IMG/VR virus record: IMGVR_UViG_3300024294_000597
Length of the DNA: 64,000 nucleotides
Source: a virus
Direction: 5' to 3' (one strand)
In this document: positions 28,838 through 38,936 of the stretch, piece after piece
Layout: every line of letters starts with the position of its first letter
Position numbering within the stretch: the first letter of the stretch is position 1
Notes under the pieces: model-generated
The model's database searches: none
Told to the model about the DNA's origin: nothing
The model's input: the letters and a program-made list of their open reading frames with translations, nothing else
Made by a program: the position numbers and the translations under genes

Positions 28838-29209
28838 TTAGTAATTCAAAAAGATTTTCTCTACGTAACCCGCTTGAGTAAAATCTGATATACCCAAAGA
28901 AGTCCTGTCTAAAGATGCTCTTAAATAAACTAAGTTAGCCACGAATGTGAAACCTTCAACTCCTGTGAAGTTTGTGTAATCTTTGTAAGGCAATCCACTG
29001 AATAGTACGTCAAACCAGTCATCCTCTGTAGGATTAGTGGCTAATGTACCTTGGATTTTAATTCTACCTGAAAAATCTTGACCGTAAATTGCTACAGTAT
29101 GTATTCCATCTGTGTAACCGTAATAACTGTCACCAGGAACTGCATTGCCAGTAGTGTTTAGTTCAAGAGTACCTGTCTGTGGTAAAAGTGTAACTGTTTT
29201 ACGTGCCAT
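28838..29209 (-). CDS. Hypothetical late/structural protein
   Basis: GGAGA RBS; GATAAATA upstream. Confidence 0.6.
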   Translation of the reverse strand: MARKTVTLLPQTGTLELNTTGNAVPGDSYYGYTDGIHTVAIYGQDFSGRIKIQGTLATNPTEDDWFDVLFSGLPYKDYTNFTGVEGFTFVANLVYLRASLDRTSLGISDFTQAGYVEKIFLNY

Positions 29210-29265
29210 TTATTCTCCAACCTTTTCGTAATTAACTTGTATAGTTCGTTCAATAATAACTATAC

Positions 29266-29973
29266 TTATTTATCTAAATCACTTAATAGCACGGATTTTG
29301 TTATGGTACTAATGCACTCACTTGCAACAAAAGTTAGCAAATCTGTATCAATTCTCTCACGGCAATAAATTGCGTATAGTTGATACGGATGATGAATATA
29401 TCTGCCCTGTTTCTTTTGCATATATACAGGATCAAAACGCATCATATTAGAGTTAAGTCTATAATTTGGATTATGTGCATACATTTTGTACAAGTCGTGA
29501 CCTGTATGGTCAATAAAATCTCTATTAGGCTTGAATACTATCTTATATTGATATTTTTTAAACCATAGCGACCTCTTTATTTCTACTCTACGGTCAAAGC
29601 TATCTAATACCTCTTTTAGATTTTCAATCATAGGCTCAGCGTAGCTTTTATGCAAATCTACATATCTTTGTTTTGCTTCTTCATAATCAGACTTATGTTT
29701 AAAATACACATGAGTTAATGCACCATTATTGAATTTTACGTTTTTAAACTTTTTTAAGTAGTTATAGCAATTAATTCTAACTGATTTTTCTTCATCGTCA
29801 CGTGGCATATCAAACCACCAATCATTAATAGCTTGTGGATTTTCTTGGAAATGTCTTCGCCAAAATAAGCTGTCTTTATCTGGGAATCCAAATAAACGCT
29901 TAAATGATATCTTATATGGGTGAGTCCCATAAAATAATTTAGTTACTTTTTCCGTAATCAAAATCAATCTCAC
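29266..29973 (-). CDS. Hypothetical protein
   Basis: 235 aa ORF overlapping the end of clpA. Confidence 0.55.
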   Translation of the reverse strand: MRLILITEKVTKLFYGTHPYKISFKRLFGFPDKDSLFWRRHFQENPQAINDWWFDMPRDDEEKSVRINCYNYLKKFKNVKFNNGALTHVYFKHKSDYEEAKQRYVDLHKSYAEPMIENLKEVLDSFDRRVEIKRSLWFKKYQYKIVFKPNRDFIDHTGHDLYKMYAHNPNYRLNSNMMRFDPVYMQKKQGRYIHHPYQLYAIYCRERIDTDLLTFVASECISTITKSVLLSDLDK

Positions 29974-32170
29974 TATTTTTGATATTAATTGTTACTGCGC
30001 CACCATCGACAAGTTTTCCAAATAATATTTCTTTTGATAAAGGTTTCTTAATGTAATCATTGACTACTCGTTGTAAAGGTCTTGCTCCCATGTCAGGGAG
30101 ATATCCTTTATCTCTTAACCAAACTCTTGCTTCATCTGATAATTGTATAGATACATTTTTATCTGATAGCATTTCATTGATTTCTTTGATTGTTTTATCA
30201 ACAATCATGTCTATGTGTTCACGTTCCAATGAAACAAATTCAACCATTGCATCTAGTCTATTTCTAAACTCTGGTGAAAAGAATTTCTTAACTGCTTCAT
30301 ATGAAGCACCTTGATTTGAATTCGTGAACCCTATAGCACTCTTAGATTGTTGTGCCGCTCCTAAGTTACTAGTCATTATAAGAATAACATTGCTAAAGTC
30401 TGCTGTTTTACCAGTTGAACTAGTCAAACGACCATCGTCCATAACTTGTAATAAGAGGTTCATTACACTTGGATGGGCTTTCTCAACTTCATCTAATAGA
30501 ACAACACAGTTAGGTGTTTCATCTACGTCATTGATAAGTTGTCCAGCACCAGCCCCGCCTTCGGCGTGTCCTACATAGCCCGGAGGGGCACCGATAAGTT
30601 TAGATACAGAATGTTGTTCCATGTATTCTGACATATCGTACTTTCTAAGTTTGATATCAAGATTATCTGCTAATTGTCTACACAATTCAGTTTTACCTGT
30701 TCCTGTTGGACCTACAAACAAGAATGACCCTATAGGTTTATTTCTTGCCCTCATACCTGATTTAGATACGAGTATAGATTCAACTAATGAACCAACTGCT
30801 TTGTCTTGTCCAAATAGTTTTGTCTTAATACTTTCTTCTAGTTTTTCATAGTTCGCATTTTGTTTTGCGTCTATCATTTCTAAAGGAATTCTTGTAATTT
30901 TTGCTACGGCTTGTTGTATTTCTTCTTTAGAAATTTTACCTTTATGTTTGTGTAGCTTTGCTCTTGCACCTGCTACATCAATAACATCGATTGCTCTATC
31001 AGGGTTAAACTTACCATGCATATAACGTTCTGCTAAATCAACTGATAACTCTATCGCTTCGCTTGTATATTCTACTTCGTGATATGCTTCATAATATTGC
31101 TTCAAGCCTTTTAAAATTAATTTTGTATTCTCTGCACTTGGTTGGTCAATAACAAGTTTCTGAAAACGTCTTTGTAATGCTCTATCTTTTTCAAAGTTTT
31201 CTCTGTATTCTTCACTTGTTGTTGCACCAATACAATGCAATTTACCATTTGCTAATAATGGTTTCAATAAGTTTGCAATATCTATATTAGACCCACCTGC
31301 CGAACCTGCACCCATAATCATATGTATTTCATCAATGAATAAGATAACATCTTTCTTCAATGCTAGTTGGTCAAATACTGCTTTTGCTCTTTCTTCAAAT
31401 TCACCACGATACTTTGTACCTGCTACTAATGAAGTAACATCTAGTGAGTAAACTGTTTTTTCTTTTAATATCTCAGGAACTTGTCCTTCACCAATCATCA
31501 ATGCAAGACCTTCTGCTATAGCAGTTTTACCTACGCCTGGTTCACCGACTACGATTACATTATTCTTTTTACGTCTTGCTAATACTTCGGTCATTTCGAT
31601 TAGTTCATCTTCACGACCAATAACTGGATCAATTAGTCCATCCAATGCTTGTTGATTTAGATTTAAGCAATAATCTTCAAATCTAACAGGTGCGCCTTGT
31701 CCCTGTCCGCCACCAACCATGTCTCTACCTTGCTGAGTACCATAATATTCTTTTCTAAGAATATCAATGGCTTTATCACGGGTAACACCTGATTGCTTTA
31801 AAATATAATAAGCTGTAGAACCATTCTCACTCAATAGAGAAACAAATATATCTCTTACTTGAAGTTTGGAACGTCCACTAAAAATTACTTGTGTTACTGC
31901 ACGATTGAAAACACGGTCTAATGATAGAGTTTTTCTTGGCGTCTTAGTATCTTCGTTCTTCGTAATATCATCACGTTCATTGAGAAATTTTTCTAGTTCT
32001 TCTAAAATAAATTTTACGTCACATTTCATTTTTGATAACATGTCACTAACGTCTTCTTCTTCCATAATAGAATATAAAAGATGTTCTAGTGTTACATATT
32101 CGTGTGCGAGTGAATTTGCGTGTTGAACAGCACGTTCAATAGAAATGTTTACTCTATCTGCTTTGCTCAT
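29939..32170 (-). CDS. clpA: ATP-dependent Clp protease ATPase ClpA
   Basis: Clp N domain, two AAA+ modules (GEPGVGKT, GPTGTGKT), GYVG pore loop, IGF loop, no middle domain. Confidence 0.93.
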   Translation of the reverse strand: MSKADRVNISIERAVQHANSLAHEYVTLEHLLYSIMEEEDVSDMLSKMKCDVKFILEELEKFLNERDDITKNEDTKTPRKTLSLDRVFNRAVTQVIFSGRSKLQVRDIFVSLLSENGSTAYYILKQSGVTRDKAIDILRKEYYGTQQGRDMVGGGQGQGAPVRFEDYCLNLNQQALDGLIDPVIGREDELIEMTEVLARRKKNNVIVVGEPGVGKTAIAEGLALMIGEGQVPEILKEKTVYSLDVTSLVAGTKYRGEFEERAKAVFDQLALKKDVILFIDEIHMIMGAGSAGGSNIDIANLLKPLLANGKLHCIGATTSEEYRENFEKDRALQRRFQKLVIDQPSAENTKLILKGLKQYYEAYHEVEYTSEAIELSVDLAERYMHGKFNPDRAIDVIDVAGARAKLHKHKGKISKEEIQQAVAKITRIPLEMIDAKQNANYEKLEESIKTKLFGQDKAVGSLVESILVSKSGMRARNKPIGSFLFVGPTGTGKTELCRQLADNLDIKLRKYDMSEYMEQHSVSKLIGAPPGYVGHAEGGAGAGQLINDVDETPNCVVLLDEVEKAHPSVMNLLLQVMDDGRLTSSTGKTADFSNVILIMTSNLGAAQQSKSAIGFTNSNQGASYEAVKKFFSPEFRNRLDAMVEFVSLEREHIDMIVDKTIKEINEMLSDKNVSIQLSDEARVWLRDKGYLPDMGARPLQRVVNDYIKKPLSKEILFGKLVDGGAVTINIKNSEIDFDYGKSN

Positions 32171-32549
32171 TTTCTTCCTTGAATTTTATTTTTAGTGACA
32201 AGTCACCTAATATTTTCTTTACAACAATAGTGTCATTCATTCTAGTTTCGTAAGGAACTAAAACTTCAAAAGGAACATCCTGACACATAAATGTCTGTGT
32301 TGTTCCTAATATAATAGATAAGTCTTGCTTTGAAATAGGGACTGTTATGCTGAGTGTCCTTACGACACCATTTTTGGGTTTTTTATCTTTTAACTGTATA
32401 TAAGCAAGTCTTACCTTATCGAATGTTTCTCTATCGCCGTCGCCTGTATCTGGGTGATGTTTTTTCATAAGTCGTTTGTACGACATTCTTATATCATCAC
32501 TCGTAGAATATTTATCGATTTTTAAAACTGCGTATGGATCTGCTATCAT
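32154..32549 (-). CDS. J-domain (DnaJ-like) protein
   Basis: DPYAVL...KKHHPD. Confidence 0.85.
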   Translation of the reverse strand: MIADPYAVLKIDKYSTSDDIRMSYKRLMKKHHPDTGDGDRETFDKVRLAYIQLKDKKPKNGVVRTLSITVPISKQDLSIILGTTQTFMCQDVPFEVLVPYETRMNDTIVVKKILGDLSLKIKFKEENEQSR

Positions 32550-33004
32550 TTAAGAAATTTACCAAAGAAGTTTTCTTCGTCTTCGACTTCTATTTCGATT
32601 CCTTCTTGTTCATTTAATTCTTGTAATACCCCATCCGCTTCTTCATAATATTCTCTATATGCCACAATCACTGATTGCTGTTGGTCTAGTAATTCTAGTA
32701 TATCTGCGATATTATAAGATAATCCTTCATAATCTTCTGCATCTAACCCAAAGATTACGATAGCTTTGCCGTCTTTTTCTAATTTAGCAAATTCTTCTTC
32801 AACATTGTCTCTTGTGAGAACCATGAAATCAACATTACGCATATTCAATGTTTTAGTTTCGGGTAATATTAATTCAGGGCGTTGGATTGGCTCTGGCGTA
32901 TAAGTCACTGATTTTGGCGTAGAACTACAACTAGTTAATAGGAACGTAGTTAGGGTTAGCAATATCAGGACATGTAGTGTTTGCTTTGCTTTTTTTAGTA
33001 ACAT
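32546..33004 (-). CDS. o-spanin-like lipoprotein
   Basis: Lipobox LTSC followed by a Pro-rich segment; overlaps the 3' end of the i-spanin. Confidence 0.65.
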   Translation of the reverse strand: MLLKKAKQTLHVLILLTLTTFLLTSCSSTPKSVTYTPEPIQRPELILPETKTLNMRNVDFMVLTRDNVEEEFAKLEKDGKAIVIFGLDAEDYEGLSYNIADILELLDQQQSVIVAYREYYEEADGVLQELNEQEGIEIEVEDEENFFGKFLK

Positions 33005-33407
33005 TTATTTCTTCCTCGGTTAGTGGTGACCCACTTACTATCTCTAAACATCTTAACACATCTTTAGTACCTTTGTCAACTATTTTATCAATTAATCTTG
33101 GTTTTTGTTCAGCTAAGTAAGGCAAATCGTGTTCTTTGAGTTTATCTTCTAAACCTGATACACGACTTTCTGCGGCTTCGAATTCGGAAGAAACTTGAGT
33201 AAATTTCTCTTGCACTTTTTGTAAGTCTGCTAATGTTTGTGCTAATGCGGCTTGTGTTTCTTGTTGTGCCATTTCGGCTTTAGCGGCATTTTCTGCATAT
33301 ATACGTATTTGGTTTTGAGTATATTCGTAATATTTAAATAAAGCAAAACCAGCCGCGGCTAAAAAGCCTGCGATGATTAGATATTTTTTTATTTTAACTA
33401 AAAACAT
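32931..33407 (-). CDS. i-spanin-like protein
   Basis: N-terminal TM, coiled coil, C-terminal Cys. Confidence 0.65.
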   Translation of the reverse strand: MFLVKIKKYLIIAGFLAAAGFALFKYYEYTQNQIRIYAENAAKAEMAQQETQAALAQTLADLQKVQEKFTQVSSEFEAAESRVSGLEDKLKEHDLPYLAEQKPRLIDKIVDKGTKDVLRCLEIVSGSPLTEEEINVTKKSKANTTCPDIANPNYVPIN

Positions 33408-33623
33408 TTATTTGTACCTAAAAGTTATGCGACCCTTTGAAACATCATAAGGAGTCACTTCGATTTTAACTCTATCATGTAGAATAACTTTAATATTATT
33501 CTTTCTCATTCTTCCAGATAATGTACCATCAACTACGTGACCATTATCTAGTTTGACTTTGAAACATCCGGGAGTGATATCTATAACATCACCTTCAAAT
33601 TCCATTGCGGGTTCTTTAGCCAT
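33408..33623 (-). CDS. infA: Translation initiation factor IF-1
   Basis: FKVKLDNGH...SGRMRKNNIKVILHDRVKIEVTPYDVSKGRITFR. Confidence 0.95.
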   Translation of the reverse strand: MAKEPAMEFEGDVIDITPGCFKVKLDNGHVVDGTLSGRMRKNNIKVILHDRVKIEVTPYDVSKGRITFRYK

Positions 33624-34030
33624 TAATTACTTTTTAAGTATCCCTTAATATCTTTTTCTGTTACTGAAATTGTTTTACCTTCATAAAACTCTAAAGACCA
33701 TTCATCTGTTGTGCAAATACGTGATACTTCTTCAAGTAATTGTAAAGTTGTTTTCATAACATTTTCATTTTTCATTTCAACAAAACAAAGATAATTGCCT
33801 TCTTCGTCTGCATTAGGAGATACTTCTGTATCTAGGATATCAATGATGCCCTTCTCAAGGAAAGTTGCCAAATCTTGTGCAGGTCTATCATCCTTTACAT
33901 AAAAAGCTAAAACTATAACATCTTCTTCGTTCCCTGTCTTAGGAACAAATTCTGCTATTGAAACTCTGGGATGTATTAATGACGATAAATCATTAAAACC
34001 AACACCTTCTTTAATTTGTTCAAATTTCAT
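33623..34030 (-). CDS. Conserved jumbo-phage hypothetical protein
   Basis: 135 aa, translationally coupled. Confidence 0.6.
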   Translation of the reverse strand: MKFEQIKEGVGFNDLSSLIHPRVSIAEFVPKTGNEEDVIVLAFYVKDDRPAQDLATFLEKGIIDILDTEVSPNADEEGNYLCFVEMKNENVMKTTLQLLEEVSRICTTDEWSLEFYEGKTISVTEKDIKGYLKSN

Positions 34031-34032
34031 AA

Positions 34033-34563
34033 TTAAATATCCTGCTGTTGATTGGTTGCATCATCAAGCCCTTGAATTTCTGCGTTTCCTACAGCTTCTT
34101 GGTCTACTTTAATGTTACCAACTGCCATTTCCTCATCTGTGAATTCATCTACAAACTTACGTGGCATTAGAATGTCAACTAACCAAACTGTGTCAGATTT
34201 TAATTTTGGTTCGCCATTCTTGTTTAAATCTTCTGGTGATTTTGGAGTAATTGGTGTTTTTAGAGTACCCTGTTCGTACTTTACTTCACAGCCTAGTTTA
34301 GTCAATCTCAAACCTGCTCTTGGATCAGGCATATCATTGTATTGATACATCACTTTAACGTGTAACCAATAACGTGATAGCTTAGGTCCCATAGCAATTT
34401 CGCCCTTTGACCAGTTTTTATAAGCGTACATGCCAACTTCGTCCAATACTTTTTCAAATTCAAGTAGAACGTCTAGCAATGTGCCATTTTTATCGACATT
34501 TCTTATATTATCAATAATATCTTTTGAGTCTACATCTGACATGCTTTTCTCCATAATCTTCAT
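34033..34563 (-). CDS. Conserved jumbo-phage hypothetical protein
   Basis: YAYKNW...MPDPRAGLRL; GATAAATA upstream. Confidence 0.6.
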   Translation of the reverse strand: MKIMEKSMSDVDSKDIIDNIRNVDKNGTLLDVLLEFEKVLDEVGMYAYKNWSKGEIAMGPKLSRYWLHVKVMYQYNDMPDPRAGLRLTKLGCEVKYEQGTLKTPITPKSPEDLNKNGEPKLKSDTVWLVDILMPRKFVDEFTDEEMAVGNIKVDQEAVGNAEIQGLDDATNQQQDI

Positions 34564-34707
34564 ACATATCTATTTATCTTTTTTGTTTCATGTTAAATAT
34601 TTATTTCTATTCTAACAGTATTAGTACATAATTGCAACCTAAAAAAGATAAGTAATATTGAGTGTAATGCTCATTTCTGAAAATCCCTCTTTAAGGAGGA
34701 AAACAAT

Positions 34708-35448
34708 ATGGCACGAAAAAAACGTGTTGAAAAACATAATAACAAAGCAACAAATCGTAATAACGATTACGGTATAATCCCATTACATAAAAAAACAATT
34801 CCAACTATTTTACCCAGAAACGTATCACAAGAAGACTATCTATATCAGTTAGCTAATCCAGACAACAATATTGTATTTGCGATTGGTCCAGCTGGTACAG
34901 GTAAGACACTCCTATGTACGCAAATGGGTATAAAAGCATTCATGGAAAGAGAGGTGAAGAAAATAGTTATAACTCGTCCCGCTGTGTCGGTGGACGAGCA
35001 ACACGGGTTCTTGCCCGGTGACTTAAATGAAAAAATGTCACCATGGACGAGACCTATATTTGATATATTTGAGAAGCATTTTTCGATGCAACAAATCGAA
35101 ATGATGCTTGAGGAAAATTTGATTGAGATAGCCCCACTAGCATATATGCGTGGTCGCACATTTGAAAATTCGTGGATCATAGCTGATGAAATGCAGAATG
35201 CAACGAAATCTCAAATGAAAATGTTATTAACCAGAATAGGTGTTAATACAAAGATGATTGTAACAGGCGACTTAAAACAGCATGATAGAGGATTTTCAGA
35301 AAACGGTCTTTCAGATTTTGTCGAACTTGTACGCAACTACGAAAACGCTAAACTAAAACATATTAGTATTAGTAGGTTCGAGTTAATGGATGTTGAAAGA
35401 CATCCTGCGGTTACAGAAGTTTTAAAAATTTACGGAGAAGACGATTAA
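34708..35448 (+). CDS. phoH: PhoH family ATPase
   Basis: GPAGTGKT, GFLPG, PLAYMRGRTF, DEMQN, TGD..QHD. Confidence 0.95.
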   Translation: MARKKRVEKHNNKATNRNNDYGIIPLHKKTIPTILPRNVSQEDYLYQLANPDNNIVFAIGPAGTGKTLLCTQMGIKAFMEREVKKIVITRPAVSVDEQHGFLPGDLNEKMSPWTRPIFDIFEKHFSMQQIEMMLEENLIEIAPLAYMRGRTFENSWIIADEMQNATKSQMKMLLTRIGVNTKMIVTGDLKQHDRGFSENGLSDFVELVRNYENAKLKHISISRFELMDVERHPAVTEVLKIYGEDD

Positions 35449-35450
35449 AA

Positions 35451-35478
35451 GTGATGAGGGAGTTCGCTCCCTCATTAT
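35451..35478. terminator. Hairpin between convergent genes
   Basis: GTGATGAGGGAG-TTCG-CTCCCTCATTAT. Confidence 0.75.
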
Positions 35479-36059
35479 TACCTATGATTTGGTATAACGA
35501 TATCTACAATCTCAGACCAAGTATCAACAACCGGAATATCTTGTACATCTGCACCTACGCTGTGTGCATGACTTATAAGAATTGGTTTCAACCCATACTT
35601 GAGACCACAAACTGCATTCTCAGGCTTATCTTCAATCCAATACAGCCCTGTTCCTTCGTAAGGTAAAAGACCTTCGTCTTTATCAGCACCGGTATCTAAA
35701 CAAACAAGTTCAGTAAATACCCCTTTTCCAAATACATCATCTAAGTTTTGCTGTCTTAGTGCTTTTGTATTTTCATCTAAACTTAATGAAGTGACACAGT
35801 GAAAAGTGTAACCTGCTTCTACCAGAGCGGCAACACCGCTTCTTGCATCACGCAAGACAGGAAGATTAAGCATCCATGAACTATTGTTGAATTCTTTGAT
35901 TAGTTTTTTAACTTCAACTTTTTTCATAGCAAATACGTCTGCCATGTTATAGACACCTTCATTTTGTGTGTCATATCCTTTTGATTTCATCCATTGATAA
36001 AAAGAAGTTTCCCAATCGAGGAGAACCCCATCACAATCTGTCACTATAATTTTCTGCAT
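35478..36059 (-). CDS. HAD-family 5'(3')-nucleotidase
   Basis: TDCDGVLLDW and WIEDK. Confidence 0.8.
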   Translation of the reverse strand: MQKIIVTDCDGVLLDWETSFYQWMKSKGYDTQNEGVYNMADVFAMKKVEVKKLIKEFNNSSWMLNLPVLRDARSGVAALVEAGYTFHCVTSLSLDENTKALRQQNLDDVFGKGVFTELVCLDTGADKDEGLLPYEGTGLYWIEDKPENAVCGLKYGLKPILISHAHSVGADVQDIPVVDTWSEIVDIVIPNHR

Positions 36060-36086
36060 GTTTTTTGATTTCTTTCTGATTACTTA

Positions 36087-36117
36087 TATATAATAGCATG
36101 ATTCGTAATTTTGTCAA
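36087..36117 (-). promoter_or_regulatory. Sigma70 promoter with spacer CGAATC (GANTC at 36100)
   Basis: TTGACA AAATTA CGAATC ATGC TATTAT. Confidence 0.8.
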
Positions 36118-36122
36118 GTTTT

Positions 36123-37487
36123 TCACACTTTTTCTTTAGTTACTAATCTCCAAACTTCGGGCAAAGCAGTCTTAATATTTTTGCCTCTACGTTTGTCCAA
36201 TAAAATAGAATACTTATAAAAATCTAATATTTCTGTTCTACTTGGTTCTTGTGCTATTAATGACTTTCCTTTACGAACAGTTTCTTTCAACATACGTATC
36301 GTAGTCATGTTCCAATGATTACCTGCTTGATAGTGTTTATCTTTTATATCACCTAACCATTTTTCGATTCTTCTAAACAAATCTTTATCTCCTTCACCGT
36401 TATTTTCATGAGGGAAAAGTTTTGGTTGGAGATATGCAGGATACATTACATTATTAAGATAAATGTTTATACCTTCTCCTTGATTAATCAACAAGGCTTT
36501 TTGTATGTTATCTCCTCTTATTTCTAAGCATAAGTCTAACCACCATTGAAACATTTCAGGAATGTGATTGGCGTTATACACACTCAGCGTTGGTTCCCAT
36601 TTTACTTGAAAACCTTCATATTTCATTGATAATTCTAGCCAACTTCTGGCTGTTGCGTTTACAGTTTCCCAAGAACTTAAATGTCTCGTATAGTCATTTA
36701 CTTCCTCGGTTCCGTCAATGCTCAACGATATTTTTACTTCTTTAAATTGTTTCAACCTATTGATAATTTTATCCTTTGGTATCCAACTTGCATTTGTAAA
36801 AATATGCAAAGCAATATTCTTTGCGTAACCTGTTTCAATAATAAAGTCTACAATACTTCCGAACTTTGGATGTAACATTGGCTCACCGCCAACGAACTTT
36901 ATTCTATTAACATGTTCATAATCTTGTTTGTTATAGTCGATTTGTAGTTTCGTGTCTGTACCATACACTCCTCTACCAAACCCCATTTCATCATTTAACC
37001 ATCTATCATCTTCTTCCCACTTTGTACTTAATGAAGAAGAACATATATTACATGCAAGATTACAATAATTTCCTAAATTCATTTCAATATAAGTTAATTT
37101 AGGTGTTTGTATGTAATCTATTACTTCTGCCCAATCACCTTGGCTATCATGTGTTAAACCTGCATCAACTTTTTGTTCAAGCATTATCTCATTTGCTTGT
37201 TGTCGTAATGAATATATTCCTTGTTCTTCTTCTTCGTAACATTTCCAACAACCAGGATCTTTTTTTCCAGATAGTGAATTTTTTCTTAATTCATTCCATT
37301 TGTCTGAATGAAAGGTTTCATTGAAACTCTTTACTGGTTCCATTGGCCAAGCTACAGGATGATTTTTAGGGTCTTCCAAATCGCCTTTTTTATTATTATA
37401 TCTACAACAGGGATTACTTAATCTACCGTTCCAAAGTGCAACATGATTAAAGAAGTATTTGCAATAAGTTTTAGATGATATAGACAT
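36123..37487 (-). CDS. Radical SAM protein with N-terminal twitch/SPASM-like domain
   Basis: CNLACNIC, GGEP, SIDG; N-terminal C...PCC...CWKC. Confidence 0.88.
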   Translation of the reverse strand: MSISSKTYCKYFFNHVALWNGRLSNPCCRYNNKKGDLEDPKNHPVAWPMEPVKSFNETFHSDKWNELRKNSLSGKKDPGCWKCYEEEEQGIYSLRQQANEIMLEQKVDAGLTHDSQGDWAEVIDYIQTPKLTYIEMNLGNYCNLACNICSSSLSTKWEEDDRWLNDEMGFGRGVYGTDTKLQIDYNKQDYEHVNRIKFVGGEPMLHPKFGSIVDFIIETGYAKNIALHIFTNASWIPKDKIINRLKQFKEVKISLSIDGTEEVNDYTRHLSSWETVNATARSWLELSMKYEGFQVKWEPTLSVYNANHIPEMFQWWLDLCLEIRGDNIQKALLINQGEGINIYLNNVMYPAYLQPKLFPHENNGEGDKDLFRRIEKWLGDIKDKHYQAGNHWNMTTIRMLKETVRKGKSLIAQEPSRTEILDFYKYSILLDKRRGKNIKTALPEVWRLVTKEKV

Positions 37488-37720
37488 TATTTCTTCTTCT
37501 TTAAAATTACTCTGAATGCACCTGCGTTTCTATCTAATCTTCTAGTTTCTCTAACATAAGGATCCGCTTCGCACCATTTTTCAAATTCTTTCGACATTTC
37601 ACCCTGTCCTACTACAACTACTATTTGTTTATGCCCTTGCATATATGCGTCAACAGTAGAACTACGAAAACGTTTCCAACCATCATGTACTCTCAGACCA
37701 TGTAAATCAATTTTATGCAT
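37487..37720 (-). CDS. Stand-alone Smr domain protein
   Basis: IDLHG...VVVGQG...NAGA. Confidence 0.8.
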   Translation of the reverse strand: MHKIDLHGLRVHDGWKRFRSSTVDAYMQGHKQIVVVVGQGEMSKEFEKWCEADPYVRETRRLDRNAGAFRVILKKKK

Positions 37721-38153
37721 GAATATTCTTATCCCACGTAAACTTGGCAGAAAACATATTTACTCTGCTTGAATCTGGTGATAAGACAACATATGGCAAT
37801 CTTTCATTGATGAAAAATATCTTATTAGTTTGTAATTTAAAAGATTTTCCGTCTACTCGTATTTCAACATTACCTTGTGTTACTAGAAAAAATAGTCCTG
37901 TAGGTTCATCATAGTTTAAATTCATCTTTGAGTCACTTTGAAACGGTTCAGGAAATGTATCGGCACTTATATCAGTAATTGTAGTTTTTAAGATACTATT
38001 AATGGAATCTACAATCAATTTAGCGTCAGAGGTGTCTCCGCTTACAATCATTTTATTGATTTTATTACCAATAGGAGCTGATATTGTACCTAAAATCTTT
38101 GTACTAGGCATGTTGTATTCTGCGTTAAACTTATCTCTTTGTATTTTGCTCAT
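37713..38153 (-). CDS. Cupin-like hypothetical protein
   Basis: FFLVTQGNVEIRVDG...IFFIN. Confidence 0.45.
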   Translation of the reverse strand: MSKIQRDKFNAEYNMPSTKILGTISAPIGNKINKMIVSGDTSDAKLIVDSINSILKTTITDISADTFPEPFQSDSKMNLNYDEPTGLFFLVTQGNVEIRVDGKSFKLQTNKIFFINERLPYVVLSPDSSRVNMFSAKFTWDKNIHA

Positions 38154-38593
38154 CTTATGTTTATTTTTTCATTATAGAATTGGTTATATTTTTCTTTATT
38201 AAAGTTTATTTGATTAGTCATTAGATATGCTGATAATTCTATTATTTTTTCTTCAATCATATCAGGATGAATACAAATATAATTACCTTCCAGTTTATTT
38301 AGAAACTTATAGATTTCATCATTAATGTCTTGTGTATTGTATCTCCAGTTTCTCCTGCTCCATATCTTCATTTCCTTGGGAGATTCTGTATTATACTTAC
38401 CTTTGATAGTCCCATTGTGTAAACAGTCATATGGCTTGGTTAAACAAATTATATTACTATCACCGGGCTCTAATTCATCAAATTTAAAGAAACCATTTTT
38501 ATCCCAATCAAATGACTTATAATCATACGGGAGTAAACTTCCAATGAAGTCTTGAATGCCATCTTCAAAGTCAAATATATGTATACTAGCCAT
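38150..38593 (-). CDS. Hypothetical protein
   Basis: Coupled ORF in operon. Confidence 0.55.
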   Translation of the reverse strand: MASIHIFDFEDGIQDFIGSLLPYDYKSFDWDKNGFFKFDELEPGDSNIICLTKPYDCLHNGTIKGKYNTESPKEMKIWSRRNWRYNTQDINDEIYKFLNKLEGNYICIHPDMIEEKIIELSAYLMTNQINFNKEKYNQFYNEKINIR

Positions 38594-38596
38594 GTG

Positions 38597-38935
38597 TTAC
38601 TCAGTAGGTTGCTTTTCGCTTTTACCTTTATTAATCAGGCCGCCATCTTTGCATTCCTCGATAAATTTATTATAATGCTGAGGATATTTAATCATAACAT
38701 GTTGGACTATTTTATTATAGTCCTTTGTTTCAGCCGAATTCTTTTCTATTTTAGCATCCGTAAGATTTATAATTGTTGTAGAATGGTCCCAATATCGTTT
38801 ACGCAATCTTGTAACAAAATAACAATCTTCTATCATTGTCCATTTGCCTTTTTTGCCAAAGTCCTTCATTGATGTATTCTGACCTTCTGCAGGCCTAAAT
38901 GTGTGTGCTAAAACTATGTATGCTTTTTTTGCCAT
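38597..38935 (-). CDS. Hypothetical protein
   Basis: Coupled ORF in operon. Confidence 0.6.
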   Translation of the reverse strand: MAKKAYIVLAHTFRPAEGQNTSMKDFGKKGKWTMIEDCYFVTRLRKRYWDHSTTIINLTDAKIEKNSAETKDYNKIVQHVMIKYPQHYNKFIEECKDGGLINKGKSEKQPTE

Positions 38936-38936
38936 A

